Assembly (NCBI GenBank): GCA_050084985.1
Contig: JBITNC010000001.1
Span: forward strand, 126,294,001-126,358,000
DNA length: 64,000 nucleotides
Direction of reading: 5' to 3'
From: Nageia nagi
Taxonomy: Eukaryota; Plantae; Pinophyta
The notes under the pieces: generated by a model
The model's database searches: none
The model's input: the letters and a program-made list of their open reading frames with translations, nothing else
Told to the model about the DNA's origin: nothing
In this document: positions 27,442 through 42,700 of the stretch, in pieces
How positions within the stretch are numbered: the first letter of the stretch is position 1
Layout of the letters: every line of letters begins with the position of its first letter
Position numbers and translations under genes: made by a program

Positions 27442-28539
27442 ACCTATTAAAAATGAATAAATATTTGGTAAATATTCCTTATATTATATATTTGGTAAAG
27501 ATTCCTTATATTCAAGATTACTATAAGTGCATTATTATATTTAACAATAAGGTAAATATTAATCCTCACATGTTGAAAACATGATTGTATGCATAAAACA
27601 TAGAAGTTTTTATATTGTATTTATTATGGATTAGAAAACTTTTATGCCTACTTTGAGGGTATATAACATATCAAGTAAGAAAACCTTGAAAACCAAGGAA
27701 ATTAGAAGAAAATAAGGAAATTTTCTTCTTAAGTTACCATTTTCTTTTTAATAAACCCAAGTTTTGTATGAAAGTTAAGAGTTAGAACATAAAATTTGTG
27801 ATCTCTTTTTATGAAAAAAACTTGAATAATTATAATTGCACTTAAGGATTACCTTTTTGAATGATATGAGTAAGGTAGAAGCATGTTTTGAAGTTGAATT
27901 TGTATCTTATTGTGTGAGGTTTAGTTTCACTTCTCTTGCTTAGTCACAACATAGCAAACGTCTATGTTTAATCATATAGGGAAAGTTTTTCATGGACCAA
28001 TTTCTAAACCCCTTGATAATTTAACCTAATGGATGTTAAATAGGAAAGATATCCAAGAGTTTGTGTAAAAATGTACAATTTGATCTACAGTATCTTCAAA
28101 ATTACTTTAGTTGATATTGATATCTATTGAGTATGTGCATACCTATGGATTTTTATTTAAATAGAGCATTTAAATAATAATTATTCATACTAGTTTCACA
28201 TTGAGGTATTTCGATTAGAAATATTTAATATTAATTTTTCTTTCAAAATTAATAAAATATTTGAATATTTAAATGTGGAGTTTAAATATTGTTGAGAGGG
28301 ATAAATTTTATGTTAAATAAAAATTATTCTTTTTAATCCCTCTAACAATCACTAGATAAGTAGTAGTAGTAGTTTTCTAATTTAGAAGTATGGAGTTATG
28401 GAGTATTTTTATATGAAAAAAAGAATTCATGGGGTAGTTACGGAGTCTTGGAAGGTATGAATTTATGTTCCATAACAACCATAATTGAGTGGAAAATGGG
28501 ACTCTAATTTGCATGTGATGAAGTGGATCAGGGGGAGAG

Positions 28540-29975
28540 CATGGATGAGAGGAATGCAAATGGAAAAAATGAGTAGGGATGTAGAAATAAATAAACTTTG
28601 TAATTTTTTTTCCTAAAACTCTCTCTATTACATGCATGAGGGGTCTGATGGCAAGGACTTGATACTTTTGGGTAAATACAAGGGTGAAGGTTAAAATCTA
28701 AGGGGGTAACCTTTCTAAATTTCATAGCATACATCAATGTGTGTTTTATAAGAAGGTATGGAATCCATCAAATGGTAGTTAAAAATTTAAAAAAATGCAT
28801 GGTTTTGCATTGAACATTATGGTTGTGAGTACCTTAATAGCCAAACATGTAAAATGTAGAGGCATAGAGAAGCTATGAAATTTTTTTAAAAGGATGTACT
28901 ATGTCAACATAAAATTTGGGACTACAATACTTATAGGATATGCAAATGAATGGTATTTTAAAGAGTTTTAACACCAATTTTGATACCTAGTAAATTAAAC
29001 ATGTATTTGATTGATTATTCTCTCATTACAATAACTTGTAGAACATTGGCCTATTCTATGACTAAAGAGGGAGAACTTTGATGGTAGCATGGTGATTGTG
29101 TCTTCTCTCACTATCTTTCCCTTTGGCCTAGTGTTTTGTATCAGGATGAAACACTTGTCTTTGAGTTAGTTTAATTTGAGTAAAGTCTCTTTTTGGTTTG
29201 ATTATTTGAGTTTGATGCTAGTGAAGCTGTGGTCTATGGGTTCTAAAGATTCCCTTAAACTCTTGAGTTGATGAAGCACTAGGAAATAATCCTAACAACG
29301 TATCTTTTGTATGCATTCAAACTTGCAAATAGCTATACAAGCCTAGTAGATGAGGATCATAAATACTTTAATAGTGAAAGTGACCTTTATTGCATGATTC
29401 CTAAAATAAACCTTTATACATGTAACGCTAGCTTCTTAGCTATGCAAGATATCTAGAGGATGCTTGGATCTTATGCATAAATGTGTTCATAAAAGTTGAA
29501 TTGCACATATAGATGTGCCAATCAAGAAATAAATAATAAAGTATGGGCATACATAAAAGAGTCATTCAAACTAGTTTGCATCGAATGCTATGTAGGTGAG
29601 AGCCTAAGATTCATGCACTTAGAATATAAATATACATAGAGGATACATAAACTATTTGATAAGATGCATGATGCAGATTTGTTTTTTGAGATAACAATGA
29701 TTGGAGGATATATTGATTATGGCTATTACAAAGATGTTGTTCAACTTCTTGATTTAATGGAGCGCTAGTGATCCAAACTAGGTGTCATAACCTATGCATA
29801 TGCTTTATTACCTTGTGCATGTTTGAGAATAAAGTTGTAAATACCTTAAGAACCTTAATGATTTGATTACATTATTCCTAAGATAAATCATTGCACATGC
29901 ATCCTTGACCTTCTTCAAAGTGCATGCTATTTTGGGGCATTAAATTACATTGCCAAGTTGCCCATAAAATCCATC
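28540..29975 (+). pseudogene. Mosaic of PLS/E-class PPR gene fragments
   Basis: Decayed motifs: STLIAKHVKCRGIE..WTTILIGYA..GYFKE (~28825-28965); PNNVSFV..LVDEDHKYFNS (~29290-29375); LFDKMHDADL..TMIGGY (~29650-29720); IIPKINHCTCILDLL..YIAKLPIK (~29870-29970). Confidence 0.72.
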
Positions 29976-30899
29976 TATCATAAATATCTCATGTGTAAAA
30001 TAATAAAAAAATGCATGAAATTGAATCATTGTATACTCTAACCATCAAAATAACAAATAACATGTATAAATACATCCATCATAGTTTTTGAGTCACCTCA
30101 TATAAATAAACTATAATATACATCCATAAAAAGTGGTGTAAGCCATCATCAAAATACATAACCAAAATTTGAAGTGGTCTAATTACAAAATTATCATCCA
30201 GTGATAGGAACCCATCTCATATGTCTAGGTATAGCCTATGTACAATGTTTAGGAAAAATTATGTGTATGTGCATCATCAAATCTATCTATAAGAGGAACA
30301 ATATCTTTCATGTGGCCTTGCCATAAAATCAGATGCATTTGGCACTCTCTCATCTATGTGTCTAGTCCTATCATGTGGATGAGAGGTCATGTGTAATGAT
30401 CTTGCTTATTGTGAACTCCTAGAGCTTCCATGTGTACCCTAGGTCCTATGAGTTTTGCTTTGTGATTTCACTCAAACATTTGGTAATGGAATAGTCCTCT
30501 ATATGAACTCAACTTCATATATTCAAATCTATCTATGTAGGCCATCAAGTTGATACTCTATACTAGCTATGGTATATCCCATAACCTCCTATCCTTTATG
30601 GGCTTAGTGCTATCTTACAACCTAGTATCTAGCCCCTATTTATGCTCTAGAATGTATACTCTATTCCTTGTACCCATTAATGAAGCTTTGTGCTAGTCAT
30701 GCTTCCTACTCTACTATAGATGATGTTGTCTCTCTTCTAGTTTTCGATCTCACTCTATTAGCTAATGGTCTTGCTTTACCACTTGCTATTTCTACTCTTC
30801 TAGTTGATGCTTTAAGTCAACTATCCTCTCCTTAGCCAATGCCAACCTAGGGTCTAGAGCACTAGCATTACCTCCTACATCACCTGACCTCCTTGTTTA

Positions 30900-32234
30900 C
30901 ATGCTTTGTGAATCACAATGGTGGACATTGCATCATAAACTAAATACTATAGACCTTTTTGTACCCTACATTATCCTAAGGTCCAACCTCCTCCTCATCA
31001 CTATATGGCTTGGTATAGGTATCCTGGTCCTAGATATGGGGACATCCATCTCTACCATTTGACCTATTATGTACCATAGGCTTAGGTGGAATATCTTGAA
31101 TATATCCATGTTTTTGAAGTACTTGAGCATACTTGAAGTACTTTGTATAATATTGTTAGGTGCATAACCATCTTGCTCTTCTAGTGTGAGCTATATGAAA
31201 CCTATCTTCATCCCATACTAATCTACCCCTTTAGGATCTTCAAATCATATTCTTGGGATGCAATATTTTGAATACATCCTTGAAGTAAGCCACTTGGCCA
31301 TTATGTGTATGTATGAACTTGGGCTTGTGGTCATATGCCCGTCTCATCATATATGGGCACTCTATCTTAAGCTCCTCAAAAGATAAAGCATCCTCAGCAT
31401 GAACATCATATGGTAGACCTAGGGTCATACCACTAGTATGTGCTCCAAACCCCATACCTATAGAAATAAGGACTAACATATCCCTATATAAACCCCTATA
31501 TCCATCTCTCAAAGCTTATGGTATAGCTAGGATAGAAATGTTGGTCCCCATTTGAACACCTATATATCCTCCCTCATCTATTTCGAACCTAATATAACTT
31601 CCATTGAAATTTGCACCCAAAAGCATCTGGTAGAGCAAAAAATATGATGACCATCATCACAAATCATGTTAATCTATCTATGAGACCATGCACATAAGCA
31701 TGCTCATAGTAGAAAAATTTTCTACCCCACCTATTCCGATGATATTGGTGGAAGACTATTTGAATCACTACTATGTACTTTCCCACCTTGTCAAGAAATC
31801 TGATCACAAGTTCATCATCCATAGGTACCCTTAGTATCTTCTAGATGTTCTTAAGAGTCACAATGCACTCCCTAATTGGTATATGAAATGTGTTGGTGGA
31901 AGAGTCTCATCACTTACATAGTGTGATCATGCATTTAGTGCTATCCATCACCTTTTGTATGATGTTAGTATACCCTAGTCCAACACTATCTACATCCACT
32001 CTACGGTTGGCACCTCATGCTAAAGTGATAAGAATAGGAGTCTATATCTGTGTCTATGGAATAAAGTATCATGCATCTACAAAAAATCAACAAACCAACT
32101 ATGTTAGTCTTGTTACCATTTGTACCACCTAGTTTGTCTAATAGAAAATCAAAGTTGCATTTGTCAAAGTATTTTAAAATATTGTTTTCCTCCATCATGA
32201 TGTCATCTTTGTTGTGAAAAAAACTTTTTGTCAC
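30900..32234 (-). pseudogene. PMD-domain remnant, antisense extra ORF of a Tat/Ogre-like gypsy
   Basis: Minus strand reads DSSTNTFHIPIRECIVTLKNI*KILRVPMDDE at ~31810-31905; lies upstream of and antisense to a PPT-LTR at ~35050. Confidence 0.68.
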
Positions 32235-34339
32235 AACCAGATGTTGTTAATACTAGTTTTTTATCTTAAATTACTCCTACATTAAATCATGGTTCCTATA
32301 TGCTAGGTACATCCCACTTCACATTGGGATAGCTTACGCCTATCCTCATGATACTAGAAAATATTAACATTACATTAAAAAAACACTTTCTTGCATAGTG
32401 CAAATTATGATTTTTTCAACAATGTACATGAGGTATGATTCAAAAAGTTACAAAAAGCATGTCAACTAATTGTTGACTTAGAGGAACCATGCTAAGATAT
32501 TGGTAGATACATCTACCTCACAAAGATATGAAGTATGCAATGTTCAATATGAAAGAGTGTAGCAAGTATGCAAAATTTGGCATTAACAAGCTTATTTTTT
32601 CAAGAAAGGAAATTTTTGCAACCAACATTAACAAATTAAAATATTTTGTAAAAATGTCAATTCAAAAAGAAAATATGTATTTTCCATGTTCAAATCTATT
32701 TTCAGTGCCTTACGAGACCAACCAATAAATTTCAAAAGTTATAATAGCCAGCTTGATGTTTTTGTGCCAAAATTATCAAAATCTCATTTTTTGGACCAAA
32801 AATTGATTCAACTTAAAAAATTCAATGAAATTGTGCAAAAATAGGTTTAAATTAGTTTGTAGAGCATTAAAATTAAGAAAAAAAAAACCTTCAATAGTGT
32901 TCAAACATGCAAATTAGATATCCAAATTTCAAAAATTAAGCACAAATATGGAAAAATTGGGTCATAGGCAAGATGTAATGCATTTGGGCCTGGACTCACT
33001 GTGTCTAGCCTATGTGTCATTTTGGCATTACATTTAGGCTCTTGGGGTGCATTTTTAGTCTAAAATTCTCATTTTTGACCCTTTTTGATGAAATGAAGTC
33101 TATGGCTACCTGATTGGGTTAAAATAATTATGTGGGTTCCTATTTATTTTGTGAGTAAATACCCAAATTTAAAAATATTTACAAAAATTAAATTCAAAAA
33201 CCCTTGTTGTATGTATTTTTTGAGGAAAATCTCATTTTTGATAAAACAATCGATCATTTTTTTGATATTCTAGTTCTATAGAAATGTTATGCATGCCATA
33301 AAACTAGATGGGTATCCAACATATTTTGGATTTGACCCACGTTTGTGCACAATGAGTGAAAAACATAAAAAACCCCTCTTTTTGGGTGTTTTTTAAAATT
33401 GTAAATATTTTTCAAATCAGTTCATTTCAGCTAATTCTAATCTAGAGGATTATTTTCTATTGTCTAGTTATTCAATTTGACTATTTACATGGCCAAATTG
33501 GGGTAAGTTGGATTTTTTACAAGCAAATTACATGATTCTACACTATTATTTAACAAAAAAGCATTAAAAGTTTCAAAAATTTGTATAAAAGATGAAAAAT
33601 TTGCATTTTTTAGTTTACCTAGCATCTTGGGCATAGATCACCAATGACTATCAAAGTTGGAGGTACCTCATTCTCTACCATCTTGTTTGCCTACTCACTT
33701 GCCACCAAAAGCCATAGTGCACATGTAAGAAAATGAGGTAAAGAAATGGTAATTCACTTTTTTTTCCCTTATTTGACTATTTAACATCCAAGTTTGACTT
33801 TTTAGCTTGTAGATGAGCCCAACTTGATGCAAATTTATACTACAATTGTATTTTTTCACCCTATACTATATTTGCAAATTTAAATTGGGACAAAAAAAAA
33901 GAGAAATACATTAAAAAAGTAAAAAAATTCATAAATATCGTACACACTTCTTTCTTTTTCAATTGATTTTAAATTGATCGATTTGATCAAGTTAACATCA
34001 TTCAAGGGGGTAAACCACCTGATTATTCAAATTTTCTTGAATTTTTGATTTCAAAAAATGCAAAAAATTAAATTTTTTACCTTAAAAAATGTGCAAAATT
34101 ACCAAACTTATTCAAAGCTTCTTTTAAAATAGAGAAATTGTTCAAAGTTATTATTTTTCTACCTAATTTTAAATTTTTCAATTTTTAAATTGTTTATAAT
34201 GTGCAAATTTCTAAATTATTTAGCAAGACTACATGCTTTTCTAGTAAGTATGTGTGCTTACTTCACCATGAATGCTTTGCATAGGTTTGACATTTATAAT
34301 TATCAAATACTATATAAGTTGTTCAAAGTTGTACCTCCA

Positions 34340-34830
34340 TGAACACATTGCTTCACATTCAAATTTCATGAATACTATATTCAAATTGCTACATATGTTT
34401 ATTTTGAATTTTTCATGAACAAATTGGTTAGGGTTGAATTATTGTAAAGTACATTCAACTAGTCAACCATATTTGTTCCAACTTTACCAAGAACACATTG
34501 TTTAGGATTCAAATTTGACAAATCCTACATTCAAATTTCTCTTCATATTTGTTCCAAACTTTTATTTTTTAAACCTTGATGAATACATTATTTAGGATTC
34601 AAATTCCTCTTCATATTTGTTTCGATTTTTTAAGTTTTTAAACCTCCAAAAACACATTATTTAGGATTTGAATTTGATGAATACTACATTCGAATTCCTT
34701 TTTATATTTTTTTCCAAATTTTTAGTTTTCAAAACTCCAAAAACACATTTTTTAGGTTTCAAATTCAATAAATATTACATTTGAATTCATATTCATATTA
34801 TTTTCAAATTTTTATTTTTTTCTATCATGA
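34340..34830. repeat. ~90-bp degenerate tandem repeat (~5 copies)
   Basis: AACACATT(A/G)TTTAGGATTCAAATT...TACATTCAAATT..TTCATATT at ~34342, 34492, 34582, 34651 and 34742. Confidence 0.8.
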
Positions 34831-35055
34831 ACGTATGGTTTTTACATATTCATTCGAAATGTTCAAGTTGTTTCAAATTCTTCAAATATTCAAATTTTCA
34901 TAATTACAAAATTTGCAAAGTTTAAATTTCAAATTTCAATCAAATATTAAAATTTTATAATGTTCTAATTTTATATATTTTCCAACTAAAATCTAGGTAT
35001 CTACACTTGTTGAACATAGTATTTTGTGCAAAAGACATATTCCAACAAGGGAAAA

Positions 35056-36118
35056 TGGTAGACACTCAAAAATAACACTTTTTTTAGTAGATGTATTTTT
35101 ATAACATTGACATATTATAATGCATTATTGATTAATTACTAATATTTATTGTGTAAAATCAAACTACTCAAAAGACCAAATTAGAGTAAAAATTGACTTA
35201 AACTCAAAAAGTTGTAAAAGTGGGTATTTAGCTATCTTCACTTAAGTTATCAAAGGAGGTATATAACTCAATGGTAAATTAAAATTCTTATTCTTGGCTC
35301 ATTTTTGTTGTATGAAAACTTATGATATTTCCTCTCACAATTGTCTCTCCAAGATCATTGCTAGGGTTTGAAGCAAGTTTTGAAGGATTCAATGTTTTCA
35401 ACATAAATCTTCATCAAGATCATGAAATCTTGAGTTCACATCCTTAAGGTGATATTTCCATGTGATTTTTATGGTTTAATTATTGTATGTATTGCATATA
35501 TTCAAGATTATTGTAGGTTTTGGAGATCTCTCAACCATTGGAAAAGCTTAGATCTATCTACCTATTATATTTGCCACAAATTGTTTACATTTAATATGAT
35601 GTGTAGGCTAAAAACATGATATCTGACATTTCCACTGCTAGAATTATTATTTAAATCCATAGTAGCATAAATTTATATTGTGAATTCTAATTGGATCTTA
35701 TGGGTATCCTTGAATCTCATTGATTCAAGGATCTTTAAAGATCTTTATGTTTGAATCATTTTAATGTTTCCAAAGTTTTAAGTCTTATATCTTGCATTTA
35801 TTTATCAATACTTATAAAGATTACTTTCATTATTTGAATATACCATTGAATTTGTCTTAGGAAGACATAGACCAAACAATTTGCATAATAAGCATACAAA
35901 TTTTACTTGTTCTCAATGAATTGATGACTTGGAGGCTCACATGCTTTTCGAAGTGAGAAGACTCATTTCATGCTCTCCTAGATACCTCAAAGGGCCTAGG
36001 TTTGGGTGTTCTCCTATCCATTTAGATGCATTCAGCATTTCCTTACATTCTTGGAAAGTTTGAGTTCAATATTTCAAGATTTGGTCATAACTTTATTAAG
36101 ATTTCTATCCAATGCACA
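35056..36118 (+). repeat. Probable Tat/Ogre-type 3' LTR (right end uncertain)
   Basis: AAGGGAAAA purine tract then TGGTAGACACTC (decayed TGTAGACAC-type start); no second copy in the window. Confidence 0.45.
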
Positions 36119-36289
36119 TTAAGTAAAGCAAATTTGTGTAATTTGAGGTTTGTATGTGTATTTGACTTGTTTATGCTAGTTGAGATATATATAGCATAAA
36201 TTTTTGCCTATAGTCTTGATCTTTTTATTGGGATAAAATGAAATAAGATATCAATAAATTTGTTATCAAATGCTATATTTGTTAGAGGA

Positions 36290-36765
36290 AGAAAGGTGAA
36301 ATAGTTGGGACTCCTATTTTACTTCAGCCCTTACCTATCTCAAGCTGCACTTGAAATGATATATCAATGGACTTCATTGAAGGTCTCTAGAATTATTAAG
36401 GTAAATCTTTTATTCTAGTGGTAGTTGATCAATTATTGAAGTATACTTGTTTTTTTCTTTAGTACATCCATTTAAAGATGTCAATGTGGTCCATCTTTTT
36501 ATTGATAATATTTTCAAGGTTCATGGTATGCTCTCTACAATAGTTAGTGATCAATATACTACATTCACTAGCAAATTCTAGAAAAAATTCAAGCTACAAG
36601 GAACTCAACTCAAAATGAGTTCATCCTATCACCCCTACACTAATGGATAGTCCAAAATTATTAACAAATGCTTGAAAACCTATTTGCATTATTTTGTATC
36701 ATCCCAATCATTTCATTGGATAAAATAGCTCCCTTTAGAAGAATGGTGGTGTAACACTTCATACC
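36290..36765 (+). pseudogene. Chromovirus (Reina/Tekay-like) integrase core, left part
   Basis: LLQPLPIS..DISMDFIEGL..ILVVVDQL..HGMLSTIVSD..SSSYHP..EWWCNTSY; cut by the insertion at ATACC. Confidence 0.85.
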
Positions 36766-39700
36766 TGATGTGAATTTAGCTATAGGAGACCATTAAAATG
36801 GGCTCCAATAACATAAATGTATTAACACAGAAGAAAATTTGTAAACAATCCTCTTCTCATTCTTAAATTCATAATACCTTTTTCAGGTCTATTACAATAG
36901 CTAATATAAAAAGGAGACTCTCCCTCAAAAATAGTAAATAGTCTAAAAACTAGGACATTAGTAAAAATAGAAACTTTTTAAAGATAGAAAGATAGAAAGT
37001 TTCTAAAAATAGAAAGTTCTTTTGATTACAACCAAGCTTGAAATACAAGCCCAATCAACATAGACTAAGCCATTTCCCAATTTATATTTCTAAACAAATT
37101 CTACAACAAAAGATATTAAAGTCTACTTATTGGAAAATCCTAAAAAATAACACCAAAAGCTAATTTTGAGGCATTGAATTATGGATTTAGGCCACTCACA
37201 TACCTTGTAGCTCTCTGTTCATCCATCTCATTATGCTCCACTTGAATGGATAATTTGTAGAACTCATTAGTGTAATCTTCAACACTCTATTCTCTATATC
37301 AAAGATTATGGAATCTACAAAATAAGGTTTAGGAATAATCTATAGGAATAAATTTCTCTTATAACTTCTTCTTCATCTTGGCCCAAGCCTTGATCTTCTC
37401 TTTTCCCTTTCTCTAATGTGAAGCCTATAGATGATCACACCAAATCAATGCATGCCCCTTTAACTTCATGCATGAAAGTTTCACCTTCTTATCAGTAGCT
37501 ATAGCACCCCATTCAAAGTATTTCTCCATGCTATTTACCCAATCGATGAACTCCTCTGGTTTCAACCCACTACCATACTCAAAAACCTCAATCTTAATCC
37601 CATCTTGGTTTCCTCTTATCCTTTCCAAAGCTTAGATTAGCCTATTCTCAAAGTATTGTCACAATTATTCTTCATGTAAGGGTTCTCCCTTCACCTCAAC
37701 ATCAGGTACATATTACTCAAACATGTTCTCACTGTTAGATCCAATATTTGAGTTGGCATGGGGTCTTCTCTCCCCCATATGATTAATTACACCAATTAAC
37801 TGTGCTATTTCTACATGGATATTTTTTGTCTACCTATTCATGTGGGCTTAGGCACCTGCTACACCCCTACCTACACCCCTATCTTATCTTCTAGGTGGTA
37901 GCTCTCTTCTCAATCATCTAATTATGCTCCACCCTAATGGATAATTTGAAGAACTCATTAGTGTAATCTTCAACACTATGTTCTCTCTATCGAGTATTAT
38001 GGAATCTATGAAATAAGGTTTGGGAATAATCTATAGGAATAAATTTCTCTTGTGACTTCTTCTTCATCTTGGCCTAATCCTTGATCTTCTCTTTTCCCTT
38101 TCTCTATCGTGAAGGCTATACATGATCCCACCAAATCAATGCATGCCCCTTTAACTTCATCCATGCAAGCTTCACCTTCTTATCCTTAGCTAGATTACCC
38201 CAATAAAAGTATTTTTCCATGCTATTTACTTAGAAGACTTGATCTTGATCCCATCTTGATTTTCTCTTATCCCTTCCATTACTTGGATTAGCCTATTATC
38301 AAAGTGTTGTCCCACTTATTCTTGATGTAAGGGTTCTCCCTCAACCTCAACATTAGGTGTATCTTCCCCAAACATGCTCTCACTATCAGATCTAGGTTTT
38401 GAGTAGGCATGGCTCTCCTTTCCCCTATATGGTTAATTACACTAGTAAACTATGCTATTTCTACATGCATATTCTCTATCTACCTATTCATGTGGGCATC
38501 GGAACTCGCTACACCCCTACCTACACCCCTATCTTGTCTTTTAGGTGGCATCTTCTCTCCACTAGTGAGATCACACCCTCTCTAATACCAAATGATGTGA
38601 ATTTATTTGCAAGTGACCAAAAAAATGGACTCCAATAATATACATATATTAATAGGGAAGAAAATCTATAAATAATTCTCTTCTCATTCTTGAATTTACA
38701 ATACCTTTTTTAGGTATATTACAATAGCTAATATAGAAAGAAGGAGACTCTCCCTCAAAAATAATGAATAGTCTAAAAACCAAGACATTAGTAAAAATAG
38801 AAACTTTCTAAAGATAGGAAGTTTCTAAAAATAAAAAGTTACTCAAATTACAACCACACATGGCATACAAGCCCAGTCAACATAGACTAAACTATTTCCC
38901 AATTTATTCTACTAAATAAATCATACAACAAAAGATATTAAAGCCTACTTATTGGAAAATTCTCAAAACTAACACTAAAAGCTAATTTTGAGGCACTAAA
39001 TGATGGATTTAGGCCATTCATGTACCTTGCAGTTCTTTGCTCACCCACCTCATTATGCTCCATTTGAATGGATAATTTGTAGAACTCACTAGTGTAATCT
39101 TCAACACTTTGTTCTCTCTATTAAAGATTCTAGACTCAAGAAAATAAGGTTTGGGAATAATTTACAAGAATATATTTCTCTTGTAACTTCTTCTTCATCT
39201 TGGCCCAAGCCCTAATCTTCTCTTTTCCCTTTCTTTTTCATGAAGCCTATAGATTATCCCACCAAATCAATGCATGCCCCTTTAACTTTATGCATGCAAG
39301 CTTCATCTTCTTATCCTTAGCTAGATTACCCCATTCAAAGTATTTCTTCATGCTATTTACCCAATCGATCAACTCCTCTGGTTTCAACTTACTAAAATAC
39401 TCAAAAAGTTTGATCTTGATCCCATCTCTTTTTCCTCTTATCCCTTCTAAGGATTTGATTAGCCTATTCTCAAAGTGTTGTCCCCATTCTTCCTGATGTA
39501 GGTTCTCCCTCCACCTCAACATCAAGTACATCTTCCCATACATGGTCTCATTATTATATCTAGAATTTAGAGGGCTACAAGGTCTCCTCTTCCCCATATG
39601 ATTATTTGCACTAGTTAACTATGCTATTTGTGCACGTAGATCCTCTATCTACCTATTCATTTGGGCATAGGAACCTGCTACACCCTTGCCTACACCCATA

Positions 39701-42700
39701 GCTTATCTTATAGGTGGCATCTTCTCTCCACTAATGATATCACACCTAGTTTGATAGTAGATGATGTGAATTTAGTTCTAAAAGATAATCAAAATGGGAT
39801 CCAATAACATAAATGTATTAACATAAAAGAAAATCTGTAAACAATCCTCTTCTCATTCCTAAATTCACAATACCTTTTTTAGGTATATTACAATAGCTAA
39901 TATAGAAAGAAGGAGACTCTCCCTCAAAAATAATGACCAGTATAAAAACCAAGACATTAGTAAAAATAGAAACTTTTAAAGGATAGAAAGATAGAAAGTT
40001 TCTAAAAATAGAAAGTTCCTCATATTACAATAGAACTTGGTGTACAAGCCTAGTCAACATAGACTAAGCCATTTTCCAATTTATTCTCCTAAAAAAATTC
40101 TACAACAAAAGATATTAAAGTGTACTTATTAATTTTTTTTTTAAAATTGACACTAAAAGCTAATTTTGTGGGATTAATGATGGATTTAGGTCATTCACAT
40201 AACTTGTAGCTCTATGCTCATCTATCTGATTATGCTCTACCCAAATGGATAATTTGTAGATCTCATTAGTGTAATCTACAACACTCTATTCCCTTTGTAA
40301 AAGATTCTAGAATCTATGAAATAAGGTTTGGAAATAATATACAAGAATAAATTTCTCTTGTAACTTCTTATTCATCTTGGCCTAAGCCTTGATCTTCTCT
40401 ATTCCTTTTCTCTATTGTGAAACCTATAGATGATCCCAACAATCAAGGCATATCCCTTTAACTTCATGCATACAAACTTCACATTCTTATTCTCATCTAG
40501 ATTACACCATTCAAAGCATTTCTCCATGTTATTTACCTAATTGATCAACTACTTTGGTTTTAGCCCATAAGCATACTCAAAAACCTCAATATTGATCCCA
40601 TATTGGTTTCCTATTATCCCTTTCAAGGCTTGGATTAGCCTATTCTTCAAGTGTTGTCCCACTTCTTCCTGATGTAGGTCCTCCCTCCACCTCAACATCA
40701 GGTACATCTTCCCCAAACATGCTCTCACTATAGATCTAGTATTTTAGTGAGCATAAGGTCTCATCACCCCCATATTGTTAATTGCACTAGTTAACTATGC
40801 TATTTCTACATGGAGATCCTTTATCTACCTATTCATGTTGGCATAGGCACCTGCTACACCCCTACCTACACCCCTAGCTTATATTCTATGGGGCATCTTC
40901 TCTCCACTAATGAGATCACACCTACTTTGATACCAAATGATGTGAATTTAGTTGCAAGAGACCAACAAAATGGGCTCCAATAACATAAATGTAAAAATAA
41001 AAATGAAAATCTATAAACAATCCTCTTCTCATTCCTAAATTAAAAATACCTTTTTTAGGTATATTACAATAGCTAATATAGAAAGAAAGAGACTCTCCCT
41101 CAAAAATAATGACTAGTATAAAAACCAAGACATTAGTAAAAATAGAAACTTTCAAAGGATAGAAAAATAGAAAGTTTCTAAAAATAGAAAGTTCCTCAAA
41201 TTACAATAGAACTTGGTGTACAAGCCCAGTCAACATAGACTAAGCTATTTCCCAATTTATTCTCCTAAACAAATTCTATAATAAAAGATATTAAAGTGTA
41301 CTTATTAGAAAATCCTTAAAAATAACATTAAAAGCTAATTTTGAGGCATTAAATGATGGATTTAGTCCATTCACATACCTTGCAACTCTTTACTCATCCA
41401 TCTCATTATACTCCACCTGAATGGATAATTTGTAGAACTCATTAGTGTAATCTTCAACACTTTGTTCTCTCTATCAAAGATTCTAGAATCTAAAAAATAA
41501 GGTCTAGGAATAATCTATAGGAATAAATTTCTCTTGTAACTTCTACTTCATCTTGGCCTAAGCCTTGATCTTCTCTTTTCCCTTTGTTTGTTATGAAGCG
41601 TATAGATGATCCCACCAAATCAATCCATGCCCTTTTGACTTCATGTATGCAAGATTCACCTTCTTATCCTCAGCTAGATTACCCCATTCAAAGTATTTCT
41701 CCATGCTATTTACCCAATCAATCAACTCCTCTAGTTTCAACCCACCAAAATACTCAAAAACCTTGATCTTATTTCCATCTTGCTTTGATCTTATCCCTTC
41801 CAATACTTGGATTAGCCTATTCTTGAAGTGTTGTCAAACTTCTTCCTAATATAAGGGTTCTCCCTCAACCTCAACATTAGGTACATCTTCCCCAAACACA
41901 CTCTCACTATTAGATTGAGGATTTGAGTGGGCATAGGGTCTCTTATCCCCTATACAATTAATTGCACTAGTTAACTATGCTATTTTTGCATGTAGATCCT
42001 CTATCTACCTATTCATGTGGAAAAGGCACCTGCCAAACACCTACCTACACCCCCAGCTTGTCTTCTAGGTTGCATCTTCTCTCCATTATCGAGATCACAC
42101 CCACTCTGATACTAGATGATGTTAATTCAGCTATAAGAGAACAACAAAATGGGCTTGAATAACATAAATATATTAACATAAAAGAAAATTTGTAAACAAT
42201 CCTCTTCTCATTCTCGAATTCATAATACCATTTTTAGGTCTATTATAATAGTGAATATAGAAAGAAGGAGACTCTCCCTAAAAAATAATGAATAGTCTAA
42301 AAACCAAAATATTAGTAAAAATAGAAACTTTTTGAAGATAGAAAGGTTTAAAGTTTCTAAAAATAGAAAGTTCCTCAGATTACAACCAAACTTGGCATAC
42401 AAGCCCAGTCAACATAGACTAAGCCATTTCCTAATTTATTCTCCTAAACAAATTCTACAATAAAAGATATTAAAGTCTACTTATTGAAAAATCCTCAAAA
42501 CTAAAACTAAAAGCTAATTTTTATGCACTAAATGATGGATTTAGGCCACTCACATACCCTGCAACTCTGTGCTCATCCATCTCATTATGCTCCAATCAAA
42601 TGGATAATTTGTAGAACTCATTAGTGTAATCCTCAACACTCTCTTCTCTTTGTCAAAGATTATGGAATTTATAAAATAAGGTCTAGGAAAAATCTACAAG

